Assembly: GCA_016217725.1 (NCBI GenBank)
Contig: JACRHB010000081.1
Coordinates: 1 to 48,015, forward strand
Length of the DNA stretch: 48,015 bases
Direction: 5' to 3'
Origin: Nitrospirota bacterium
GTDB lineage: Bacteria; Nitrospirota; Thermodesulfovibrionia; UBA6902
Under the pieces are notes generated by a model, which saw only the letters and a program-made list of their open reading frames with translations, searched no databases and was not told the DNA's origin. Position numbers and translations under genes: made by a program. This document shows positions 16,945-25,162 of this stretch, in pieces; positions within the stretch are counted from its first letter, which is position 1; every line of letters begins with the position of its first letter.

Positions 16945-18111
16945 ATGATGGACTATTTCTTGACCGAAGAGCAATTAATGATAAGAGACCTGGCGCGTGA
17001 GATCGCCGATGAAAAGGTGCTGCCCGTTCGCGCGGAGCTTGACGAGAAAGAGGAATTCCCGTGGGAGATCATGAAGACGCTGGCACAGTCGGACTTTTTC
17101 GGCATTTACATCCCCGAAGAATACGGCGGCATGGGCAAAGGCGGTTTTGAGCTTTCGTTGGCGATCGAAGAATTAAGCAGGGCCTGTCTCGGCGTATCCA
17201 CTTCATATGCGGCAAATGCGCTCGGCACATATCCCCTCCTTTTGCACGGCTCTGAGGAGCAGAAGAAAAAATACCTCCCCGACATCGCCTCGGGCAAACG
17301 GCTTGTCGCCTTCGGGCTCACCGAAGCAAGCGCAGGCAGCGACGCCGCAGGCGTTCAGACTACTGCGAAGCTTGAAGACAGTGAATATGTTTTAAACGGG
17401 ACCAAACAGTGGATAACCAACGGAGGCGAGGCGGAGATTTATACGATAATAGCGATGACGGATAAGAATAAAGGGGCGAGAGGCGCGTCGGCGTTTGTTG
17501 TTGAAAAAGGCACCCCGGGTTTTACCTTCGGAAAGAAAGAGAACAAGCTCGGGATACGCGCTTCATCTACACGGGAGCTTGTATTTGAAAACTGCCGCAT
17601 CCCGAAAGAAAACATCATCGGCAGAGAAGGCATGGGTTTCATCGTAGCCATGAAGACCCTTGATAAATCGAGAACGGGCGTGGGCGCACAGGGCGTGGGT
17701 GTTGCGCAGGGCGCCTTTGAGGCGGCCGTAAGCTACGCAAGAGAAAGGCATCAGTTCGGACAGCCTGTAATCAGCATTCAGGCGGTTCAGCACATGCTTG
17801 CCGATATGGCGACACAGATTGAAGCCGCAAGATCGCTCGTTTATTCCGTCGCGAAATACATCGACAGCGACGCAAAAGACGTGTCTAAGGAGTCCGCAAT
17901 GGCGAAGCTGTTCGCTACCGACGTTGCAATGAAGGTTACGATCGACGCCATACAGGTAATGGGCGGCGCCGGATACATGAGAGAATATCCCGTCGAGAAG
18001 ATGATGCGCGATGCAAAGATACTTCAGATCTACGAAGGCACCAACCAGATACAGAGAAACGTCATCGGACAGGCGCTGATAAAGGAAACGGCGAAGAAGA
18101 AAAAGGAGTAA
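16945..18111 (+). CDS. Acyl-CoA (butyryl-CoA-type) dehydrogenase
   Basis: FGLTEASAGSDAAG, QWITNGG, YEGTNQIQRNVI. Confidence 0.9.
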   Translation: MMDYFLTEEQLMIRDLAREIADEKVLPVRAELDEKEEFPWEIMKTLAQSDFFGIYIPEEYGGMGKGGFELSLAIEELSRACLGVSTSYAANALGTYPLLLHGSEEQKKKYLPDIASGKRLVAFGLTEASAGSDAAGVQTTAKLEDSEYVLNGTKQWITNGGEAEIYTIIAMTDKNKGARGASAFVVEKGTPGFTFGKKENKLGIRASSTRELVFENCRIPKENIIGREGMGFIVAMKTLDKSRTGVGAQGVGVAQGAFEAAVSYARERHQFGQPVISIQAVQHMLADMATQIEAARSLVYSVAKYIDSDAKDVSKESAMAKLFATDVAMKVTIDAIQVMGGAGYMREYPVEKMMRDAKILQIYEGTNQIQRNVIGQALIKETAKKKKE

Positions 18112-18114
18112 TAC

Positions 18115-18816
18115 ATGAACACCGACTGGCAGGAGCTTGAAAACGTTCGCAAGAGATGCGAAGCGCTGGACCATGAATTGAATACGTTTTTTCAGTCCAT
18201 AAAAGAGATGAAGGAGATAAGAGATTCCGTTTCCATGCTTCCCGACAAGCTGAAGCAGAGTGAAGAGGAGCTCGAGAATCAGAAGAAAGAGATAGAGCGC
18301 CTTATGTCTTTCACGGGCAATCTGCTTATAACGTTTGAGGAGCAGGCGAAAGGGCTGTTCTTCGATCTGGAAAAGAAGACCGAGACCCTGGCGGGCGACG
18401 TGAGATCAGGCATATCCGATCTGAAAAACGTCTTTGAAATGAACAGCATGAGACTGAGCGACGAGCAGAAAGAGAAACTCGAACAGATAGCAAAGGCGTT
18501 TGATCATATGAAGACTTATTATGAGGAAATGAAAAAGGCGCTTGAATCTCACGAGCAGGCGATCAACAGCCTGAAGAACAGCCACGTTGAGCTGTTGAAA
18601 ATGTTTGAGAGCGTTGAACCGTCTCTTAAAAACATCCATAAGACAATATCCGATCTGCAAAGAAGGCCGTCTGACGTCGAAAATAAATTAAGGGCTGTGG
18701 AAGAGCAATTGAGGGAGCTGTTTTTCAAAAAACTCGAAAGGCAGAAGCACGTTATCCTGGCGATGCTGATAGTGCTGCTGGTGAGTGTCATCTTCTTTGT
18801 TTTTTATCCTAAATAA
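18115..18816 (+). CDS. Tail-anchored coiled-coil protein, unknown function
   Basis: About 200 aa rich in E/K/L heptad-like sequence, then a single C-terminal TM helix (HVILAMLIVLLVSVIFFVFY). Starts 3 nt after the acd stop. Confidence 0.6.
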   Translation: MNTDWQELENVRKRCEALDHELNTFFQSIKEMKEIRDSVSMLPDKLKQSEEELENQKKEIERLMSFTGNLLITFEEQAKGLFFDLEKKTETLAGDVRSGISDLKNVFEMNSMRLSDEQKEKLEQIAKAFDHMKTYYEEMKKALESHEQAINSLKNSHVELLKMFESVEPSLKNIHKTISDLQRRPSDVENKLRAVEEQLRELFFKKLERQKHVILAMLIVLLVSVIFFVFYPK

Positions 18817-18834
18817 TTGCCGCTGATTTGCGGC

Positions 18835-18905
18835 TGGTTCAGACTTGCAGCCTGAACCACATATTAATGCCGTAAATGTTTGGTTCAATCTACAAGATTG
18901 AACCA
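18835..18905. promoter_or_regulatory. Four alternating TGGTTCA / TGAACCA segments (two hairpins with alternative pairings)
   Basis: TGGTTCA 18835-18841, TGAACCA 18853-18859, TGGTTCA 18881-18887, TGAACCA 18899-18905. Confidence 0.4.
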
Positions 18906-19036
18906 GCAGGAGAAAAACTATTACATATTTTAATATCCTGATTTCCCCTTGACTTTGTCTTCGATTTTTAATTAAATATTTTCCGCAATCCTTGATTGCT
19001 TTCCATAATAATCTTAAATAACAGGAGGAGTTTTAT

Positions 19037-19723
19037 ATGAGATTGTCAAAAGTTCTGATTGCGCTGCTTTGTACAATCGCCGTTGCGGCGCTTGTCTATG
19101 CCGGCGCAGGAAAAGGCGATGAGTCACTGGGTAAACTTCTTGACGGCAATAAGAGATTCATCTCGGGAGGATTATCTAAAAAGGATTTAGGCGACGCCAG
19201 AAGGAAAGAGCTTACAAAGGGACAGCATCCGTTTGCCACCGTTTTATCCTGCTCCGATTCAAGGGTGCCGCCTGAGCTCGTTTTTGATCAGGGTCTCGGA
19301 GATATTTTCATAGTAAGAGTGGCGGGAAACGTCTTGGAGCCTACCACCCTCGGCAGCATCGAGTACGGCGTAGAGCACCTCCACACTCCTTTATTGGTTA
19401 TTCTCGGACACGAACAGTGCGGCGCGGTAAAGGCGACGCTTGAGCTGAGCGGTGAGCCGGAGGGGAATATCGGCGCCATTTTGAAAAAGATAATGCCGGC
19501 AGTCAAGAAAGCCAAAGAGGCCAAGAAAGACAAAGACTCCACCCTGCAGTTAGCTGTACAGGAAAACGTTAAGAACACATACAAAGACGTAATGAAGAGC
19601 CATATAGTCGAGGAGCTGGTACATAAGGGGGAATTGAAGGTCGTCGCAGCGGAATATTATCTGAGCTCCGGCAAGGTGGAGCTTGTGGAGCTTCCTTCAT
19701 CTTCAGCAGAGCATAAACATTAA
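19037..19723 (+). CDS. Beta-class carbonic anhydrase with signal peptide
   Basis: Signal peptide (..ALVYA/GAG), then CSDSRVPPE and GHEQCGAV zinc-ligand motifs. Confidence 0.85.
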   Translation: MRLSKVLIALLCTIAVAALVYAGAGKGDESLGKLLDGNKRFISGGLSKKDLGDARRKELTKGQHPFATVLSCSDSRVPPELVFDQGLGDIFIVRVAGNVLEPTTLGSIEYGVEHLHTPLLVILGHEQCGAVKATLELSGEPEGNIGAILKKIMPAVKKAKEAKKDKDSTLQLAVQENVKNTYKDVMKSHIVEELVHKGELKVVAAEYYLSSGKVELVELPSSSAEHKH

Positions 19724-19776
19724 AAAACTGCATATACCCTTTAAGGCTCAAAGGTTTTTCTGTGGAAACCCTTTCG

Positions 19777-19815
19777 TCCCCTCCCTTGACGGGAGGGGAT
19801 TGAGGGGAGGGTGAT
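19777..19815. repeat. C/G-tract hairpin element TCCCCTCCCTTGACGGGAGGGGATTGAGGGGAGGGTGA
   Basis: Differs at only 2 of 38 positions from 35122-35159. Confidence 0.8.
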
Positions 19816-19851
19816 CCGGATAATTCATCCTTATAACTATTCTTTTCAGAA

Positions 19852-22386
19852 TTAAAACAACCTTTCCTGCGCCTTTGCGCCTTTTGCAGAAGTTCCGGCG
19901 CTGAGATGTTTTTTATTAATGATAGAGTAAATATCCAAGTCCATTTTTTCTTTTGAATATGCAGCCCTAAGTGCGTCAAAGAAGATAATCTTCCAGTTTT
20001 CGTCTTCAAAATGCTCTTTAAAAAGGGGAGACGTCATCTTGTTATAAAACTGCGCTTCCCTCTCCTCCGGCAGAACCATGAATTTATCAACCGTTTTATC
20101 AACATTTGAGCCTCTCATTAATGCGCTCATCATGCTTGTCGTTGATTCAACTTCAAAGACAGCCTCAATCTTGTTATCTTTTATCCAGAGAAGATCGATG
20201 TTTTCTACAACGTCAAAGTTTTTAGAGTTGTCAACTTTCAGATGTGTCACTGTCATGTATTCAGACAGCTTTCTTGTTTCAATTAAATGGTCTCTTTCCG
20301 GCTGCTCCCTTCTGCCGATCCAGATATCATACCCCTGTTTCTTCCCAATCATGGCTAATGTGGCTATCATCTCGTTATGCTCCTTGACCCTTTGCTGTAT
20401 CTCCTGCTTCAGCATCCAATATCCGCCTGTCAACTGACGGGCATAAATTTTTAATGCGTCAAGTATGCTTGTGCTGTCGGAAGTGAGAGAATTAGGGAAT
20501 TCCGTGCTAACCGCATCCCATACTTCAGTGAAAGTGACTTTGCCTTTTTGATGTAATTTTCTATAAACAGTTTGCTCAACTCTTTCAGTTAACGGGATTT
20601 CATTTAATCGGGAGACGATTGATGTGTCTTTAAACCACCACAGCTTGCCTTCTGCGCTGCCGATCTTTACAGGCAAAAGGACGAACTCTTTTTCAAGGTG
20701 ATTTTTTAAAACCATATTAATATCAAGTCCCGTATGAAGGCTTGAAAAGTACCCCTGCCTTGCAAGCACAGGATCAATGTAGTTGATTATAATTGTGTAC
20801 GGCGTCGGCTCCGCCCTCTCTGCAAGAAGCGCTATAGTTGTCTCAACAACAATCTTTTCAAATCTCACCTCATCAATCTCTTTTGGGGCAGCAGCCGCAG
20901 ATTGGCTTTGCGGTTTAAAGAATCTCAGATAAAAATCCCCCTGCGCCGAGCCGAAAGGCTGGAGCAAGGACTTTGCAGACGGTCTTGCAAGCTCCTGATG
21001 ATGAATCTTTTCAAATTCAAATCCCGAAAATACGCCTGCGCGGATTGTAGCGTTACGCACTTTAAAGGTCGGGTTGTGAAATGTCAGTGTAAGAAAATTT
21101 TCAGGCTTTAATACCCTGAACATGTTTCTGAAACTATCCGACAGAAGCGAGTGATAAACGCCGAAGTCTTTGCGCTGCTTTTCATTTCTGATAATCTCAT
21201 TCGACACTATGCCGTTAAGATAATCGCCATTCATATTCAGCCACGATACCCACATGTATGACAGTTCGCCGTACTGTATTGAGGCGTCATACGGTGGGTC
21301 GGTAAAAATGTAATCAGCCGAGTCTTCCGGCATCTCTTTCATCAGATCAATGCACGAACCGTTATGAATATAGATATCAGCCTTGCCGTCAATAACCTGC
21401 TCAAATGAAGAAGCGATTTTGACATCTTTAAAGAACTTATTGGACTCTGCCTTTGCCTTTAAAAGTCCCTGATGTCCGTTAATGGCGCTGTCGAATTTAT
21501 TCCAGACATTCTGCTCCATATATGGTCCTGACGGATACCAATAGCTGTGTTGAGTCCATGCAGAGCTAAACGGTGTGAAATGCCCTGCCTCTGAAATTGG
21601 ATTCATTCTTGAGCAGAGATGCGCCATTGATGAAAAAGCCATCTTGAGAAAATCCTTTAAAACTCTTTTAGGCTCGTCCTCAATTGCCTGCATCAACCAT
21701 GCAAGCGCCTGAAGATTGCGCTTTGTGAAAAGCTCATCAACCGAGTCGTATTTTTCCTTCTTCATAAAAGGATGTCCATCAGGATAATAAAGCTTATTGG
21801 TTGGGTACCATTCCTTGATTTTGGATGATTCTATTTTCTTAAGTAGACGTTTATCGTCATGAGTCAGTTCACAATCAGCCCTGCAACTGTTTCCACATTT
21901 CGGGCACTCCTGATACCTGATTTCAAGGCATTCATTGTTTTTCCATATTGCGCAGGCAAAAGGGAATTCCTCGCCGCAATCCCTGCACTTTGTCAGATAG
22001 AGGCTTTCTATCTGTTTCTTGACCTTCTCCTCAACTCTTTTGAATGCATCATGCAGCTCTATGTCCTTGACTGGTTTGATCGTTAAACGTATTATCTCGG
22101 TCGCAATCGGATTGAGATCGCAGACGATGGCCTTTCTGCCGTTTTTAAAAGCCTCCATTGCTGTGATTCCGCTTCCGGCAAAGGGATCAAAAACAATTCC
22201 GCCTTCAGGGCAATAAGTTTTTATAAATTCTGAAACGACATTCCACGTCTTTCGTGACCAGTATTTATGCCATACGTACATTGACGTATGTGCCTGCGGG
22301 GGGATTTGACGGTTGAGATGATTATAGATTTTTCCTGATGCGCCTGCCTTTGCGTCTCTTTCTTTTCTTAATCTATTCCGCCTCAA
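19852..22386 (-). CDS. Alpha-permuted N6A/N4C DNA methyltransferase with internal Zn-ribbon and long C-terminal extension (nuclease-like)
   Basis: HKYWSRK, FDPFAGSG (aa 66-73, motif I), CRDCG..CPKCG Zn-ribbon (aa 134-164), DPPY (aa 363-366, motif IV). Unassigned C-terminal ~340 aa include IDLLW...EAVFEVEST. Putative TTG start overlaps the upstream gene by 14 nt; the next in-frame ATG is at 22281. Confidence 0.75.
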   Translation of the reverse strand: MRRNRLRKERDAKAGASGKIYNHLNRQIPPQAHTSMYVWHKYWSRKTWNVVSEFIKTYCPEGGIVFDPFAGSGITAMEAFKNGRKAIVCDLNPIATEIIRLTIKPVKDIELHDAFKRVEEKVKKQIESLYLTKCRDCGEEFPFACAIWKNNECLEIRYQECPKCGNSCRADCELTHDDKRLLKKIESSKIKEWYPTNKLYYPDGHPFMKKEKYDSVDELFTKRNLQALAWLMQAIEDEPKRVLKDFLKMAFSSMAHLCSRMNPISEAGHFTPFSSAWTQHSYWYPSGPYMEQNVWNKFDSAINGHQGLLKAKAESNKFFKDVKIASSFEQVIDGKADIYIHNGSCIDLMKEMPEDSADYIFTDPPYDASIQYGELSYMWVSWLNMNGDYLNGIVSNEIIRNEKQRKDFGVYHSLLSDSFRNMFRVLKPENFLTLTFHNPTFKVRNATIRAGVFSGFEFEKIHHQELARPSAKSLLQPFGSAQGDFYLRFFKPQSQSAAAAPKEIDEVRFEKIVVETTIALLAERAEPTPYTIIINYIDPVLARQGYFSSLHTGLDINMVLKNHLEKEFVLLPVKIGSAEGKLWWFKDTSIVSRLNEIPLTERVEQTVYRKLHQKGKVTFTEVWDAVSTEFPNSLTSDSTSILDALKIYARQLTGGYWMLKQEIQQRVKEHNEMIATLAMIGKKQGYDIWIGRREQPERDHLIETRKLSEYMTVTHLKVDNSKNFDVVENIDLLWIKDNKIEAVFEVESTTSMMSALMRGSNVDKTVDKFMVLPEEREAQFYNKMTSPLFKEHFEDENWKIIFFDALRAAYSKEKMDLDIYSIINKKHLSAGTSAKGAKAQERLF

Positions 22387-22924
22387 GAAGTTTCACCATC
22401 CTACGGATTAGCTCATAAGCTGCGGCGATCCTGATTACTTTTACGTCGCCTAATCCTTTTATTGTTGCCATGTCAGACAGCTTTTCTCCCATTATGCCGC
22501 TTAATGATCTGTACCTTCTTAACAACTCCTCTGCAAGGTCTTCCGGTGTTTTGTCTTTGTAACCGCTGCAAATCAAAACGGCAAGGAGCTCTGCATCCGT
22601 ATAATCAGGCAATCCCAGCGTAACTTTTCTCACAGCGGGCAGATGCCATTGATTTTCTTTTATTACCCTCTTGCCGATTTCATATGGAGCGGCAAGCCTC
22701 TTAATCTTACCATTTTTCAAACCCTTTATTTTTGAGAGATCGTCAAAGGTTTTATTCCAGAGACCATAAATCCCGAAATAGCTATCAAGCAGCTCCTTTG
22801 CAATATCCTGCGCCGTCCTTCCTTTGTAGCCCGATCCAATGAGAATCTCAAAAAGCTCGTCCTGTGATAATGAGTGTGCGCCAAGCTCTATAAGCTTCCC
22901 GCCCGGGTGCGTCCATGTCTGCAT
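22373..22924 (-). CDS. Tandem RadC-N-terminal (helix-hairpin-helix) domain protein lacking the JAB/MPN domain
   Basis: Two copies of the L(S/T)..EL..(I/V)L(I/C)(G/C)SGYK..(T/P).(Q/E)D(I/L)A.ELL......(L/I)......(D/S)(L/M)..IKGL pattern typical of the RadC/YicR N-terminus. No JAMM motif. ATG 22924 with GAGGGG SD preferred over track start 22981. Confidence 0.7.
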   Translation of the reverse strand: MQTWTHPGGKLIELGAHSLSQDELFEILIGSGYKGRTAQDIAKELLDSYFGIYGLWNKTFDDLSKIKGLKNGKIKRLAAPYEIGKRVIKENQWHLPAVRKVTLGLPDYTDAELLAVLICSGYKDKTPEDLAEELLRRYRSLSGIMGEKLSDMATIKGLGDVKVIRIAAAYELIRRMVKLLEAE

Positions 22925-23114
22925 AATATCCCCTCTCAGTTTCCAACGCCTTAAATTGTAATTCTCCTTTAAAAATGTCAACGCTTAATTTTAATCAAAC
23001 AAAATATAAACGGCAAGGGAGAAATAGTGCCATCAACGGGGTTTACCTGTTTAAACTCAATGTCGTATAATATTCCCTCAATTCAGTCATAAAAAAACTT
23101 TAGGAGAATAAACA

Positions 23115-23897
23115 GTGAACATCATCGTCTGCATAAAACAGGTGCCCGATACCTCGGAGATAAAGATCAATCCTGAGACGAACACGCTCATGAGAGAAGG
23201 CGTGCCGAGCATAATCAACCCGTTCGACCTCCATGCGCTTGAGGCGGGTCTTCAGATAAAGGAACGGGTTGGAGGTAAGGTTATCGTTTTAACCATGGGA
23301 CCGCCGCAGGCGGAGACGGCCCTTCGAGAAGCGATCTCGATGGGCGCTGATGAAGCGGCGCTGCTTTCGGACAGGGCCTTTGCAGGCTCCGATACGTGGG
23401 CGACGTCTTACACGCTTGCTCAGGCGATAAGGAAGCTCGGCGCCGATATTATTTTCTGCGGAAAACAGGCGATTGACGGCGATACCGCGCAGGTGGGTCC
23501 GGAGACGGCGGAATTCCTCGGCATCCCGCATATTTCATATATAAGAAAGATAGAAGAAATAAAGGACGGGTACATCAGGGTTCAGAGGCTGATGGACGAA
23601 GGATATGACGTCGTGGAATCTTCAACGCCTGTGCTGCTTACCGTCGTCAAGGAATTAAATCAGCCGAGGATGCCTTCTTTAAAAGGCAAGATGGCCGCAA
23701 AAAAGGCCGGGATAAAAAAGATGGGAAAGGCCGAGATCGAAGCCGATGAAAACAATATCGGCTTGAAAGGCTCGCCGACACGGGTAAAAAATATCTTTGC
23801 GCCGCAAGTGAAGGCGGAGAGAAAGATGCTGGCAGGCTCACCGGAAGAACAGGTGAATTTATTGATGGAAGAATTGAGGAAGGTCAAATGCATATGA
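23115..23897 (+). CDS. etfB: Electron transfer flavoprotein beta subunit
   Basis: (M)NIIVCIKQVPDT..., GADE, DLIFCGKQAIDGDT-type motifs. GTG start after a GGAGAA SD. Confidence 0.9.
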   Translation: MNIIVCIKQVPDTSEIKINPETNTLMREGVPSIINPFDLHALEAGLQIKERVGGKVIVLTMGPPQAETALREAISMGADEAALLSDRAFAGSDTWATSYTLAQAIRKLGADIIFCGKQAIDGDTAQVGPETAEFLGIPHISYIRKIEEIKDGYIRVQRLMDEGYDVVESSTPVLLTVVKELNQPRMPSLKGKMAAKKAGIKKMGKAEIEADENNIGLKGSPTRVKNIFAPQVKAERKMLAGSPEEQVNLLMEELRKVKCI

Positions 23898-23962
23898 GCC
23901 GAAGGCGAATGAATGTAATAAATAAGAAAATCCTTACATTGTATTCCCGGAGGGAATACTAA

Positions 23963-25162
23963 ATGTCTATAGCAGTCAAACTTGATAAATGCACAGGGTG
24001 TGAGACGTGCCTGACTTCATGCCCCTTTGACGCAATCGTGATGAAAGAGGGCAAGGCGTTCATTAATGAATATTGCAACTACTGCAAGACCTGCATTTCA
24101 GTTTGTCCCGAAGGAGCGATATATGAAGTCGAAGAAATTTCAAATCTCAAATCTCAAATTTCAAATCTCAAAGATTATAGGGACGTTTTAATATTCGCCG
24201 AGCAGAGGGAGGGGAAGGTCGCTCAGGTTGCGTTCGAGCTGCTTGGCGTCGGCAGAAGGCTTGCGGATGAGCTCGGCGCAAAGCTGCTTGCGGTATTGCT
24301 TGGCGCAGGTGAGTCAGGAGCAAAGGAGCTGATCAAATGGGGCGCAGACAAGGTATTTTTATGCAGCGATGCACAACTGCAAAAATTCAATGACGATCCG
24401 TATGCCGACGTCCTTACAAAGGTCATAAATGAACAGAAGCCTTCAATAGTTCTTGCAGGGGCGACACCTATCGGGAGGTCTTTTATCCCACGGGTTGCGG
24501 CAAGGTTGAGGACGGGACTTACGGCGGACTGCACTTCGCTCGAAATCGATAAGGAAACGAAGAACCTCCTGCAGGTCAGACCGGCCTTCGGCGGCAATAT
24601 CATGGCGACGATCCTGTGTCCCGAATATCGGCCGCAGATGGCGACCGTGAGGCCGCGCGTGATGAAGCGGGGAGAGTACGACGAAAACAGGACCGGCGAG
24701 ATTATAAATTTAAAACCGGATAACATTAATTCAAGGACAAAGGTAATAGACACCGTCAAGGAATCTTCCGGGATAAGCGTCAATCTTCACGAGGCCGAGA
24801 TCATCGTTGCAGGCGGAAGGGGCGCAGGAGGAGAGAAGGGGTTCAAGCTTCTTGAAGAGCTCGCGCAGGCCCTGGGAGGCGTAGTCGGCGCATCAAGGGC
24901 GGCCGTTGACGAAGGATGGATCTCATACAGCCATCAGGTGGGACAGACGGGCAAGACTGTCTGCCCTAACATATATATTGCCTGTGGAATTTCCGGCGCG
25001 GTGCAGCACCTTGTAGGCATGCAGTCGTCCGACATCATAATCGCGATCAATAAAAATCCCGAGGCCCCGATTTTCAGCGTAGCGACTTACGGCATTGTCG
25101 GTGACTTGTTTGAAATAATCCCTTTGCTGACTAAAAAGGTTAAAGAACTGAGAGGATCATAA
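23963..25162 (+). CDS. etfA: Electron transfer flavoprotein alpha subunit with N-terminal 2x[4Fe-4S] ferredoxin domain
   Basis: CTGCETCLTSCP and CNYCKTCISVCP, then an EtfA core (GASRAAVDEGW, QVGQTGKTV.P.IYIACGISGAVQH). Linker encoded by a heptamer repeat. Confidence 0.9.
   Translation: MSIAVKLDKCTGCETCLTSCPFDAIVMKEGKAFINEYCNYCKTCISVCPEGAIYEVEEISNLKSQISNLKDYRDVLIFAEQREGKVAQVAFELLGVGRRLADELGAKLLAVLLGAGESGAKELIKWGADKVFLCSDAQLQKFNDDPYADVLTKVINEQKPSIVLAGATPIGRSFIPRVAARLRTGLTADCTSLEIDKETKNLLQVRPAFGGNIMATILCPEYRPQMATVRPRVMKRGEYDENRTGEIINLKPDNINSRTKVIDTVKESSGISVNLHEAEIIVAGGRGAGGEKGFKLLEELAQALGGVVGASRAAVDEGWISYSHQVGQTGKTVCPNIYIACGISGAVQHLVGMQSSDIIIAINKNPEAPIFSVATYGIVGDLFEIIPLLTKKVKELRGS
24136..24170 (+). 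repeat. Tandem heptamers AATTTCA/AATCTCA x5 inside etfA
   Basis: Translated in frame as ISNLKSQISNLK between the ferredoxin and EtfA domains. Confidence 0.85.

Noticed and set aside
17563-18174. 203-aa minus-strand ORF
   Set aside because: It lies antisense to the acyl-CoA dehydrogenase gene, which has clear family motifs. There is no SD and no recognisable domain.
18881-18905. GGTTCAATC resembles a tRNA T-arm
   Set aside because: It pairs with its own downstream complement. No acceptor, D or anticodon arms can be drawn around it.
19569-20009. 146-aa minus-strand ORF spanning the carbonic anhydrase 3' end, a repeat and the methyltransferase 3' end
   Set aside because: It crosses two real genes and the C/G-tract repeat (translated as PSPQSPPVKGGDE), so it is a repeat-generated artefact.
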